Of a DNA stretch of 64,000 nt, positions 40,890-50,180 are shown one piece after another. The DNA is from Clostridia bacterium. GTDB taxonomy: Bacteria > Bacillota > Clostridia > UBA1381 > UMGS1253. Location of the stretch: contig JAZTXH010000014.1 of the NCBI GenBank assembly GCA_045636325.1, positions 19,637 to 83,636 on the forward strand, given 5' to 3'. The notes below the pieces were generated by a model. It was not told where the DNA came from and did not search any database. It worked only from the letters and a program-made list of their open reading frames with translations. A program made the translations under genes and the position numbers. The first letter of the stretch is position 1, and the number at the start of each line of letters is the position of its first letter.

Positions 40890-41912
40890 TTACATCACAG
40901 AAGCCTTTTGTAAAAATCCGATTAATAGCCTGATTACACTTTCAATATCATTTATATCAAGTGTTTCAACCTGAGTATGCATATATTTAAGCGGAATCGA
41001 TAAAACTGCTGTTGCAACACCTTCGTTACAAACCTGAATTGCCCATGCGTTTGTTCCACTGCTCCCTCCATCCACTTCAGGATGAATGCTGATATTTTCA
41101 TCTTTGGCAACGTTTTGAATTATTTTCACAAGCTTTTTTGAAATATTAGGTCCTATCGAATATGATGGTCCATCTCCGCATTTATATGCTCTCTCACTGT
41201 TGTCAGCAGTAACTCCGTGTGTAACATCAACTGTTATGCATATATCCGGTTTAATTACATTTGCCGCAATATTAGCACCTGACATATTAAATTCTTCTCC
41301 GCATGAAAAAACATAGTATATGTCTGCATCAATGTTTAATTTCGCCAGCTTCTCCGCAGTTTTTAAAAGCACACACATACCTGCACGATTATCCATACTT
41401 TTGGAACTATACTCACTTTCAGAAAGTTTTGTAAACTCACCGCATGCACACGCATAGTCGCCAACAGAAACTATTTTTTCTGCATCTTCTTTTGTATATC
41501 CTATATCTATTGTCAAGTCATCCCATTTAAATGGTTGTTTAGCCTCATCTTTATTTTGAAGATGTGGTGGTTTTATCCCTATTACTCCTTTAATATTTTC
41601 TCTGCCAAAAACATCAACAACAGATGCCGGAAGTGTTTTTAAATCAACACCGCCAACAGGAACAAAATGCAAGAACCCCTTTTTATCAATTTCTGAAATC
41701 ATAAGTCCGATTTCATCCATATGAGCATCGACCATAATCTTTCTTGTGTTGTTTTTACCCCTTTTCACTCCAAAAACGCTTCCATCGTTTAAAATTCTTA
41801 TTTCATTACAAAATGGTTTAAGCAAATTTCTTACAAGAGTAATAAGCATATTGGAATTATTATATATGCATTGTGTTTCGCACAATTGTTTTAACGTTTG
41901 TACCGTTTCCAT
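40890..41912 (-). CDS. M42-family aminopeptidase
   Basis: DAHMDEIG, SMDNRAG, GEEFN, VDVTHG and KYMHT are present. Confidence 0.88.
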   Translation of the reverse strand: METVQTLKQLCETQCIYNNSNMLITLVRNLLKPFCNEIRILNDGSVFGVKRGKNNTRKIMVDAHMDEIGLMISEIDKKGFLHFVPVGGVDLKTLPASVVDVFGRENIKGVIGIKPPHLQNKDEAKQPFKWDDLTIDIGYTKEDAEKIVSVGDYACACGEFTKLSESEYSSKSMDNRAGMCVLLKTAEKLAKLNIDADIYYVFSCGEEFNMSGANIAANVIKPDICITVDVTHGVTADNSERAYKCGDGPSYSIGPNISKKLVKIIQNVAKDENISIHPEVDGGSSGTNAWAIQVCNEGVATAVLSIPLKYMHTQVETLDINDIESVIRLLIGFLQKASVM

Positions 41913-41914
41913 TT

Positions 41915-43282
41915 TTATTCCCCTTTAAGCTCATTCACTGCCTCTTTAAATGCAATTCCGCGAACCATAAAATTTTTAAACATATCAAAACTTGCACACG
42001 CCGGAGAAAGCATAACAATATCTCCCGCCTTTGCGTAGGCATAAGCTTTATTTACCGCATCCCGCATATCTGAACACATAACAACATCATTCATGCCGGC
42101 ATTTTCTGCTGCAGCTTTAATTTTCGGTGCAGTATCACCCATTAAAAACAACATTTTTACATGGTCTTTAAGTTCATATCCAAAATCATCAAAAGGAATA
42201 TTTTTATCATATCCGCCAGCAATTATTATAATCTTTTTATCGAAAGAATGAAGTCCTGCTATAGCACGTGTCGGACTGCTGGCTATTGAGTCATTATAAT
42301 ATTTAACCCCATTAACTTCACGCACAAACTCAATTCTGTGCTCAACGCCGCCAAAATTTTTCGCTACCCATTTTACAGTGTCCACATCTGCTAATCCATC
42401 AGTTGCTGCTATTGCCGCCATATAATTTTCCACATTATGCATTCCCGGTATTCTTATACATGATATATCAAGAAATTTTTTTCCGTCCTTACAAATAAAG
42501 CCATCTCTAATGCATATTCCTTTATCCAAAGGAGTATTTCTTGAAAACATTGTTACACTGCCATTTGCTTGCGAAGCCATATTAAATGTAATTTCATTAT
42601 CAAAATTAACAATAAGTTTGTCATCATTTGACTGATATCTGTAAATGTTCTTTTTTGCATCTATATATTCATCCATGCTCTTATGCATATCAAGATGATT
42701 AGGAGACAAATTTGTAACCACAGACACATTCGCAGAAGCCTTCATTGTATGAAGCTGGAAACTGCTGAGTTCAAGCACTGCTATATCGTTTTCATTTATA
42801 TTTTCTATCTCACCTATCAAAGGATTTCCTATATTTCCGCCAAGCCATACTTTATACCCTTGTTTTTTCAATATTTCTGAAACAAGTGTTGTAGTAGTTG
42901 TTTTTCCATCACTTCCGGTAACCGCAATTATTCTGCAGGGACATAACGCAAAAAACACTTCCATCTCAGACGTTACAATACTTCCATTATTTCTTGCTTC
43001 AACCAAAGGCTTGATATCAAATCTCATACCCGGTGTTTTAAATATTACTTCACCCGAAAGCTCATCAAGATAATTTTCCCCAAAGTTATATGTAATATCA
43101 TATCCATTCAAAGCATCAATTTCATTCTGAAGCTCTTCTTTATGTCTTTTATCACAAGCTGTAACTATCGCTCCATTGGTGCAAAGGAATTTTATAAGTG
43201 GTACATTACTGACACCTATGCCTATTACAGTAACCTTTTTATTCTTCAAACTTTTTTTGTATAACTTCAGTTTTTGCTCCAT
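41915..43282 (-). CDS. murD: UDP-N-acetylmuramoylalanine--D-glutamate ligase
   Basis: 455 aa Mur ligase with GSDGKTTTTTL and the MurD N-terminal Rossmann GIGVSN. Confidence 0.93.
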   Translation of the reverse strand: MEQKLKLYKKSLKNKKVTVIGIGVSNVPLIKFLCTNGAIVTACDKRHKEELQNEIDALNGYDITYNFGENYLDELSGEVIFKTPGMRFDIKPLVEARNNGSIVTSEMEVFFALCPCRIIAVTGSDGKTTTTTLVSEILKKQGYKVWLGGNIGNPLIGEIENINENDIAVLELSSFQLHTMKASANVSVVTNLSPNHLDMHKSMDEYIDAKKNIYRYQSNDDKLIVNFDNEITFNMASQANGSVTMFSRNTPLDKGICIRDGFICKDGKKFLDISCIRIPGMHNVENYMAAIAATDGLADVDTVKWVAKNFGGVEHRIEFVREVNGVKYYNDSIASSPTRAIAGLHSFDKKIIIIAGGYDKNIPFDDFGYELKDHVKMLFLMGDTAPKIKAAAENAGMNDVVMCSDMRDAVNKAYAYAKAGDIVMLSPACASFDMFKNFMVRGIAFKEAVNELKGE

Positions 43283-43390
43283 TGTTATCTCCGTTCCGTC
43301 GCATTTGCAACATATATTTATTAAATAAATTTATACACTATATTATTATCCAAATAATCAAAAAAGTCAATAGAAAATTCATCTTTTTGA

Positions 43391-43440
43391 AAAAACTGAA
43401 GCACGAAAAAAGTTTTTTCGTGCTTCAGTTTTTCTTTTTT
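43391..43440 (-). terminator. Intrinsic terminator after the spoIIE-downstream mini-gene
   Basis: 15-bp palindrome CTGAAGCACGAAAAA/TTTTTCGTGCTTCAG flanked by T-runs in both orientations. Confidence 0.8.
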
Positions 43441-43454
43441 CAGTTATTTATTAT

Positions 43455-43661
43455 TCAGATAAAAAATATTTTTAAAACTATCGCAAAAACCAATCCGACA
43501 AACAATGTTAAAAGCACAAAAATATTTCGCCTTGCTTTATTCCTTCTTTTTTTTATAAATGTCTCACTAAGACATTTAAAATATCGTTCTTCATATTCTT
43601 CAACAACTTTTTGTGCCTGTGAAATAATATCAAATTCTTCATTCTTGTGTTTACCGGTCAT
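43455..43661 (-). CDS. 68-aa tail-anchored membrane protein
   Basis: ATG at 43661 (MTGKHKNEEFD...) follows AGGAGGA. It has an acidic helix, a basic patch KKRRNKARR and a C-terminal transmembrane helix. Confidence 0.6.
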   Translation of the reverse strand: MTGKHKNEEFDIISQAQKVVEEYEERYFKCLSETFIKKRRNKARRNIFVLLTLFVGLVFAIVLKIFFI

Positions 43662-43729
43662 CAACAATCCTCCTGAGATTCTTTTGTGTATATTATTTCC
43701 CTTTGGCAACTAAGATATACAAAAAGCAT

Positions 43730-46075
43730 TTATAAATTTTCCATAAGTTTAAACACAATTACACTCATATCATCTTTAATTTTTCCATGGTTTCTTATAA
43801 TTGCTTCCTTTAATATTACTTCACATATTTCATCGCATTTTTTCTTTCTGAGTTCATTTGCACACTGATTAATCCATTCAAATCCCTTATTGATGTCACA
43901 CATCCCGTCACTGAACATAATTATCAAATCGTCTTTACTAAGTTTTTTTACAACACTCTCAGCTTCAACAATATTTAGAATTCCAATAGGGAGATTTGGT
44001 TTAAAAATAACCTCAGTAATGTCTTTTCTTACTAATAGCGATGGCATAGCACCAATCTTAACAAATTCTGCCTCTCCATTTGTTAAGTTTATTAATGCCA
44101 TATCTACAGTTGCAAACACTTCATCACCTGCAGTCAATGCCGTATTTACGGTTTTTACTGCTGCTATAGGTGAATATCCCGTGCTTATTAATTCTTTTAA
44201 CATAAAATTTGTCTTATTACTTTTCACAGAAGCAGCATTACCTGAACCCATTCCGTCACTTATAGCCATAAAAAACTTGCTGTTTGACATATTAACTTTA
44301 ATAATACTGTCTCCATTGGCTTCTTTATTATTCTTTCTTACGGTTGCAGATGCGCACATGGGAAAATATCTGTAAATAGGCTCTAAGATAACCGTGTTTT
44401 CATCTGTGCTTTTAACAAAGTTCATATTAGTATCAAGTACTTCCGATACTATTTGAAGTATATTTTTTTTCATACTTTCATATTTTTCATCAACAAACTT
44501 TATTCTGACATTAAAAGAATCTCTGTTCACCTCCCTTATACAAATATCTATTACTTCAAGACCTGCATTTGACAGTTTATTTAAAATCTTTTTCTCTCTT
44601 TTGCTTTCATATCCGCTTTCACCTGACAACTCAGAAGAAATTTCTGTATGAAGCTTTTCCAGAATATTGGAAAATTCCTTATACTGTGCTGAAATTGCGC
44701 ATCTTGAATCAAAAATTTGTCTTCTCCATAAGTCATTTGTCCTTTTCAAGCTAAAATAATGATTTATACTATTTGAAAACTCGGAAAACTTTATACATTT
44801 TTCCTGAAATCTTTCTTCAAAAACACCTGATACATATGTGCTTTCAGGCACATTTTCAAATTCCGTACGTTCAAGCATTTTTTGTGTAGTGTTTTTTTGT
44901 TTTTCCCAACATATATTTTTCATTCCGCATTTCGCGCAAACATTTCCTATCGCATGATTTACCGCTTTTTGTATTTGTTGTTTATCTGACAGTATATTCT
45001 TTTCATTCATCGAAATCGACTGCGATAGTTTATCATAACTTGAAATCAGGTTTTTAAGTCTCAATGATATGTATTCTTTTGCCTTTTTCATATAAATTAC
45101 ATCATCTGGTTCAAGCATAATACCATCAGTAAACATACGTATTTTTTCAAACACTTTTTTAGGCAACGCCACAAAAATACAGCTTCCCAAAATCATGTTT
45201 AACAAATTAGCCGTATCAATAAAGCTTGAAGATGACAAAAATCCTGCACACGAGCCCGACAGCAAAAATCCTGCACATACCCCCGCCTTTCCCATGTTTT
45301 TCAAACATCCGGCTACAAATCCGCAAAGGGCATAAACTCCAACAATATTCATTATATTCTCTTTTCCCAAGGCACACACAATGCCGGCTATCACACCTCC
45401 GCATGCCCCTAATGTACTTCCTCTGTTCATAGCAAGTATCATAACTATAACACTGCACATAATTTCACACAAATTAAAATATCCTATATTAACCGTTCTG
45501 CCCAGACCGGATAAAGAGAGCGCAATAACAAATGTCAGGCTGAGAATCTGTTCATTTGAAATATACGAAAAAAACTTTTTATTATTTATGTAATTTGCCG
45601 CAGGGGTGAATATTAAAACAAAAAATCCACACACAAAGCTTTCAAGTGCTAACATTAATAAATCATATGTTAACATGTACCCCGCAAGAGAAAAAACAAA
45701 ACCCGAACAAAAAAGCAATCCACCTGCAAATACTGAATCTTTATAAGTTTTTTCATTTTTTATAAAAGATTTAAGAACAGAAAAAACTGTCATTGCAGTT
45801 ATGTATTTTAAAGCTTGCAAATCCTGCCTTACAGTAAGAATTCCCAAGCATGCACCAATATACATAAAAATATTTTTTTTGATTTTTCCCGATGCAAAAA
45901 AAGATACTCCAAACGGACTCATTGAACTTACAATTACAACTCTTGACATCAAAAATGAAACTATTCCTACAATAATTTCATCAATACTTATTTTGGGTAT
46001 ATTAATTTCTTTTTTTATTTCTTTTTCGGATATCTTCGTCATTCTTTTATATGACGGAATTTCAACATTTGCCAT
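43730..46075 (-). CDS. spoIIE: Stage II sporulation protein E (membrane PP2C phosphatase)
   Basis: About 10 N-terminal transmembrane helices, a central regulatory region and a C-terminal PP2C (AISDGMGSG, MFSDG). ATG at 46075 follows AAGGAG. Confidence 0.9.
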   Translation of the reverse strand: MANVEIPSYKRMTKISEKEIKKEINIPKISIDEIIVGIVSFLMSRVVIVSSMSPFGVSFFASGKIKKNIFMYIGACLGILTVRQDLQALKYITAMTVFSVLKSFIKNEKTYKDSVFAGGLLFCSGFVFSLAGYMLTYDLLMLALESFVCGFFVLIFTPAANYINNKKFFSYISNEQILSLTFVIALSLSGLGRTVNIGYFNLCEIMCSVIVMILAMNRGSTLGACGGVIAGIVCALGKENIMNIVGVYALCGFVAGCLKNMGKAGVCAGFLLSGSCAGFLSSSSFIDTANLLNMILGSCIFVALPKKVFEKIRMFTDGIMLEPDDVIYMKKAKEYISLRLKNLISSYDKLSQSISMNEKNILSDKQQIQKAVNHAIGNVCAKCGMKNICWEKQKNTTQKMLERTEFENVPESTYVSGVFEERFQEKCIKFSEFSNSINHYFSLKRTNDLWRRQIFDSRCAISAQYKEFSNILEKLHTEISSELSGESGYESKREKKILNKLSNAGLEVIDICIREVNRDSFNVRIKFVDEKYESMKKNILQIVSEVLDTNMNFVKSTDENTVILEPIYRYFPMCASATVRKNNKEANGDSIIKVNMSNSKFFMAISDGMGSGNAASVKSNKTNFMLKELISTGYSPIAAVKTVNTALTAGDEVFATVDMALINLTNGEAEFVKIGAMPSLLVRKDITEVIFKPNLPIGILNIVEAESVVKKLSKDDLIIMFSDGMCDINKGFEWINQCANELRKKKCDEICEVILKEAIIRNHGKIKDDMSVIVFKLMENL

Positions 46076-46214
46076 ACCAATTCTCCTTTTTTCTTTAGTC
46101 AGGTACAACAATTATACAGTATAAAACATAAATTTAATGTAAAAAAATGTTTTATAATTAATTTATTCATCGTCATATAAAATCATAAAAGTATTTTTTT
46201 TTACATAATGCAAT

Positions 46215-46262
46215 CAAAAAACAAAAAAGGTCAAATTTCTTTGTCGAAACCTGACCTTTTGA
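46215..46262 (-). terminator. Intrinsic terminator after the ClC gene
   Basis: Stem AAAAGGTCA/TGACCTTTT followed by TTTTTTGTTTTTT on the minus strand. Confidence 0.65.
46242..46248 (+). promoter_or_regulatory. Consensus Spo0A box (TGTCGAA) upstream of spoIIE
   Basis: Exact TGTCGAA heptamer about 170 nt upstream of the spoIIE start, within the loop of the ClC terminator. Confidence 0.35.
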
Positions 46263-46263
46263 C

Positions 46264-47493
46264 TTATCTTGTAAATATATTGATTTTTTCTGCTTCTGTT
46301 TTTGAATAAACAATCTTCTGACTTTTATATAAACCAAAATATCCGGAAGAAACATAACTTACCGCGCAAACAAGTGCAAAGTATAAAAGATTTCCGCTAC
46401 CAAACAACTCTGCCCCTAATAAAATTGATGCAACAGGACAGTTAGTGATACCGCAAAACATTGCACACATTCCAAGCGCCGCAGCAACCGCCATATCAAT
46501 TCCTAAAACTACAGACAAAGTTGCACCTAAGGTTGCCCCGATAAAAAATGCCGGAACAATTTCACCGCCTTTAAAACCAGCAGTTATTGTTACAACAGTA
46601 AATATAAGTTTAAGTATAAAAGCTTCGTATTTCACATTGCCTTTAAGAGCATCTTCTATAACATTCATACCTGCACCATTGTAATCTCTTATACCAACCA
46701 ACAGTGTAAGCAAAATTAATATAACAGAACCAACCACAGTTCTTATATATGGATTTGTAAATATTTTTTCACCATAATATTCACAAGTCTTTATACTTAC
46801 ACAAAACAAAATACTTACAACAGCTACCATCACAGCAATGATAACCACTTTGCCAAGCATGACCAAATCATTCGCAGGAAGACTCACTATTCTGTATGCT
46901 AAAACTTCATTTCCCATCAAAACAGTCACAACATATCCAAACACTGCCGATATAAGAGCAGGCAAAAGCTCATAATATCTGCTTTTTCCTACAGAAACAA
47001 CTTCATATGCAAATATCGCTGCTGTAACCGGAGTAGTAAAAATTGCAGAAAACGCACCACTCATACCGCAGATAATTATCGTGCTCATATTTTCTTTTTT
47101 TAATTTAAAACATTTTCCAATTTGCGATGCTATACTTCCGCCAAGCTGCAATGCTGCCCCTTCTCTGCCTGCACTACCTCCAAGCAAATGAGTAATAAAT
47201 GCAGAAACAAATATAAAAGGAGCCAATAATGGTGATACATTTTTCCTCATTCTCACACTTTCAAATACCGCGTTGGTGGTAAGAGGAGTTTTTGAAAAGC
47301 TATACAAAAAAGTTATTATCACACCGCCAACCGGCAAAAGATAAATAAACCAGTCATATTTAATTCTTGTATGTGTTGCAAATTCAATTACTTTGTGAAA
47401 CAATCCCCCTGCAATTCCAGTTGCAACGCCTACCAATATAGCCATCAAATTCCATACAATAACAGACTTTACATAGTTTTTAAGCTTAGACAT
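46264..47493 (-). CDS. Short ClC-family anion channel/antiporter without CBS domains, possibly CLC-F type
   Basis: 409 aa with GGSAGREGAALQ (GREG motif) and GGEIVPAFFIGA in place of GxFxP. No GSGIP motif is present. Confidence 0.8.
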   Translation of the reverse strand: MSKLKNYVKSVIVWNLMAILVGVATGIAGGLFHKVIEFATHTRIKYDWFIYLLPVGGVIITFLYSFSKTPLTTNAVFESVRMRKNVSPLLAPFIFVSAFITHLLGGSAGREGAALQLGGSIASQIGKCFKLKKENMSTIIICGMSGAFSAIFTTPVTAAIFAYEVVSVGKSRYYELLPALISAVFGYVVTVLMGNEVLAYRIVSLPANDLVMLGKVVIIAVMVAVVSILFCVSIKTCEYYGEKIFTNPYIRTVVGSVILILLTLLVGIRDYNGAGMNVIEDALKGNVKYEAFILKLIFTVVTITAGFKGGEIVPAFFIGATLGATLSVVLGIDMAVAAALGMCAMFCGITNCPVASILLGAELFGSGNLLYFALVCAVSYVSSGYFGLYKSQKIVYSKTEAEKINIFTR

Positions 47494-47527
47494 ATTTTTT
47501 GCCTCCTCCTACAAAAATCCAAACGAC

Positions 47528-47557
47528 ATTATATAACAACAAAAGGCAAAAAATCAA
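47528..47557 (-). promoter_or_regulatory. Sigma-A-type promoter for the ClC gene
   Basis: TTGATT-18 nt-TATAAT, about 35 nt upstream of the RBS. Confidence 0.45.
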
Positions 47558-47661
47558 GTGTTTTTTATGTTTTATTCAAATTAAATTCATTGCCTGTCGA
47601 TTAATATTCTTGTAATTATCCAATTTCAACAAACTGAATTAATAAATGCATTAACATTTCA

Positions 47662-48013
47662 TTAAATTATTTCTTCAAGCACTTTTGCCATACACATAAA
47701 TCCCTAGTCATTCGTGTGACATCCGTCAACAGTTGAACTGTCACAGCCAAATATATCAAAAAGTTCTGCAATAATTCTTATAGTTTTAGCATCTGTTTTA
47801 AAACGAACTCTGCCGCCTGCATTATTTGCATATAAAGCGTAAATATCAACGCTTACTGTTTTTGCAACTTTTCCCAGCATTCTGACGAATCTGTCATCTT
47901 CACGCATAACACCATATATTTAAAAAGGCTTCTCAAGTATATTATAATATGCAAATCCTTTCAAACGTTTTTACTACTTTAAAATTTTTGTCAATTTTTT
48001 CAATATTGCTCAT
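47662..48013 (-). pseudogene. Decayed SGNH/GDSL-hydrolase gene remnant
   Basis: AAGGTG RBS plus ATG at 48013 gives MSNIEKIDKNFKVVKTFE.., which stops after 23 codons. The sequence continues in another frame as YYNILEKPF*IYGVMREDDRFVRMLGKVAKTVS..NNAGGRVRFKTDAKTIRIIAE..FGCDSSTVDGCHTND*GFMCMAKVLEEII*. That is one frameshift, two in-frame stops, and loss of the bulk of the catalytic domain. Confidence 0.65.
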
Positions 48014-48068
48014 GTTTATTCACCTTTTTTCTCAGCATATCACTACTAGATTAAAAAAGTCAATATAA

Positions 48069-50180
48069 TTAAATCAATTTTCCAAATAAAAATGTAGTTA
48101 TCATACATAGTATAATCCCTATTATTGTTGGTATCAAAAAACCGATAAATGCCCATTTGAAACTTCCTGTTTCTTTTTTTAATGTAATAATTGACGTCGA
48201 GCACGGCCAGTGCATCAAAGAAAATATCATTACATTAAACGCCGTAAGTAAATTCCACCCGTTTTCAATAAAAATTTCCTTAAGATACATATAATTATTA
48301 CATGAAGTTATACTGCCTGAGGATGTATATGCCATTATAATTAATGGTATAACAAGCTCATTTGCAGGCAGTGCCAGTATAAATGCCAAAAGTATAAATC
48401 CGTCTAGTCCCATAAGTTTTGCAAACGGCTCAAGAAATCCTGCCAAAATGTTCATTACAGAAATATTATTTATACTTACATTTGATACTATCCATATAAT
48501 TGCACCCGCCGGTGCTGCCACACTTATTGCTCTTAACAAAACAAAAACAATTCTGTCAAAAACAGACCTTACAACAATATTTCTAATTTTTGGTCTTCTG
48601 TACGGCGGCATCTCCATAACTACAGACGAGTTTTCACCTTTAAGTAATGTTTTGGAAAGAATTTTTGAAACACAAAAAGTAACCACAATACTTAAAAGCA
48701 CAAAGGCAGTCAAAACCATAGCTCCGATTAAAGAACGCATAGGTTCTGCAAACGAAAAAACAAAAAATATTGTTATAACAGCTATTAAGGTCGGAAATTT
48801 TCCATTACAAGGCACAAGACTGTTTGTTAAACTTGCAATCATTCTTTCACGTGGAGAATCAATTATTCTGCATCCCGTAATACCTGCCGCATTACATCCA
48901 AATCCCATACACATTGTAAGCGCTTGCTTTCCGCATGCCCCACATTTTTTAAAACTTTTATCCAAGTTAAAAGCTACTCTCGGAAGATATCCGACATCTT
49001 CAAGAAATGCAAACATGGGAAAAAATATCGCCATAGGTGGAAACATTACCGAAATAACCCACCCCGTAACTCTGAAAACACCACATACCAATATGTCACG
49101 CAAAGTTTCCGATATATTCAGCCGAATGAAAAAACTCATCAACTTTTCTTCTAAAAAAAACATAATCCCACTTAGAAGTTCCGATATTGCATTGGCACCG
49201 CTTACAGTAATATAAAACACTAACATTAAAAGCGCAATCATAATCATACGCCCGCTTATTTTTCCGGTTAGTATTTTATCAGCACGGTTTAAAACCGCTT
49301 TATGTGTTTTGATGCACCCTTTACACACCTGCTCACATTTAGTTACAAGCCCTACTGCAACATCATCCTGAAATTTAAATCTGTCAATTTTAAATTTTTC
49401 TATCTCTTCTTCTATTTCCTCTTTTTCCGACTTAGTAATAAGCTTTCGTTTTATCAAATTTTCCTTTAAGGTTGAATCACCTTCGATAAATTTCAGTGCA
49501 ATCCATCTTGAATTAATTTTGCTTTTTTCTTTAATTTTATCTGTAAAGGGCAAAATGCAACTTACTGCTTTTTCTATGTATTCCGGATAGTTCACAATTA
49601 CTTTATCACTAGTTTTGTTGTTAATAGAAACATTTTGTATTTCTTCTAACAAATCTTTAAATCCTTTTTTCTCAAGTGCGCATGTTTTAATTATCTTCAC
49701 ACCTAATCGTCTTGAAATTTCATCTGTATCTATTTCAATTTTTTTCTTTTTGGCTTCATCAATAAGATTTAAACATATAACTACATTATCTGTTATTTCC
49801 ATACACTGCAATACCAGATTCATGTTTCGTTCAAAACAAGTAGCATCACAAACTATAACAATAACATCACTTTCCGAAAAACATATAAAATCTCTTGCTA
49901 CCTCCTCTTCTTTAGACCGTGCTATAAGTGAATAAGTTCCCGGTATATCAGCAAAAATATAATTTTTTCCGTTATATTCACACATTCCATATGCGCTGCA
50001 CACCGTTTTCCCCGGCCAGTTTCCGGTATGTTGTTTCATTCCTGTGAGTTCATTAAAAATACTGCTTTTCCCTACGTTAGGATTACCTGCAATCGTTACA
50101 AGTTTTGTAAATGCACTTTTACTGATTTCTCCATCGTAATCCAATATCTTTTTCTTTGAAGAACGTATGGTAATACCCAT
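48069..50180 (-). CDS. feoB: Ferrous iron transporter FeoB
   Basis: 703 aa with N-terminal G-domain GNPNVGKSS and DIPGTYSL, and a polytopic C-terminal permease. Its ATG abuts the feoA stop (TAAATG). Confidence 0.95.
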   Translation of the reverse strand: MGITIRSSKKKILDYDGEISKSAFTKLVTIAGNPNVGKSSIFNELTGMKQHTGNWPGKTVCSAYGMCEYNGKNYIFADIPGTYSLIARSKEEEVARDFICFSESDVIVIVCDATCFERNMNLVLQCMEITDNVVICLNLIDEAKKKKIEIDTDEISRRLGVKIIKTCALEKKGFKDLLEEIQNVSINNKTSDKVIVNYPEYIEKAVSCILPFTDKIKEKSKINSRWIALKFIEGDSTLKENLIKRKLITKSEKEEIEEEIEKFKIDRFKFQDDVAVGLVTKCEQVCKGCIKTHKAVLNRADKILTGKISGRMIMIALLMLVFYITVSGANAISELLSGIMFFLEEKLMSFFIRLNISETLRDILVCGVFRVTGWVISVMFPPMAIFFPMFAFLEDVGYLPRVAFNLDKSFKKCGACGKQALTMCMGFGCNAAGITGCRIIDSPRERMIASLTNSLVPCNGKFPTLIAVITIFFVFSFAEPMRSLIGAMVLTAFVLLSIVVTFCVSKILSKTLLKGENSSVVMEMPPYRRPKIRNIVVRSVFDRIVFVLLRAISVAAPAGAIIWIVSNVSINNISVMNILAGFLEPFAKLMGLDGFILLAFILALPANELVIPLIIMAYTSSGSITSCNNYMYLKEIFIENGWNLLTAFNVMIFSLMHWPCSTSIITLKKETGSFKWAFIGFLIPTIIGIILCMITTFLFGKLI

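Noticed and set aside
43282-43713. 143-aa plus-strand ORF spanning the murD-spoIIE intergenic region
   Set aside because: It runs through a strong palindromic terminator and antisense to the RBS-preceded 68-aa gene. It is very Ile/Phe/Lys-rich with no start context.
47494-47661. Fluoride (crcB-motif) riboswitch upstream of the CLC-F-like gene
   Set aside because: The leader after the candidate promoter is only about 35 nt and lacks the GGxGAxGG...CCGCC...GAUGAUxCCUAC-type core.
48448-49215. 255-aa plus-strand ORF, the longest of the unexplained track ORFs
   Set aside because: It lies entirely antisense inside feoB, whose identity is unambiguous. The translation is low-complexity (Ile/Thr/Phe/Lys-rich) and there is no RBS. 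This is the typical mirror-frame ORF of an AT-rich membrane-protein gene.
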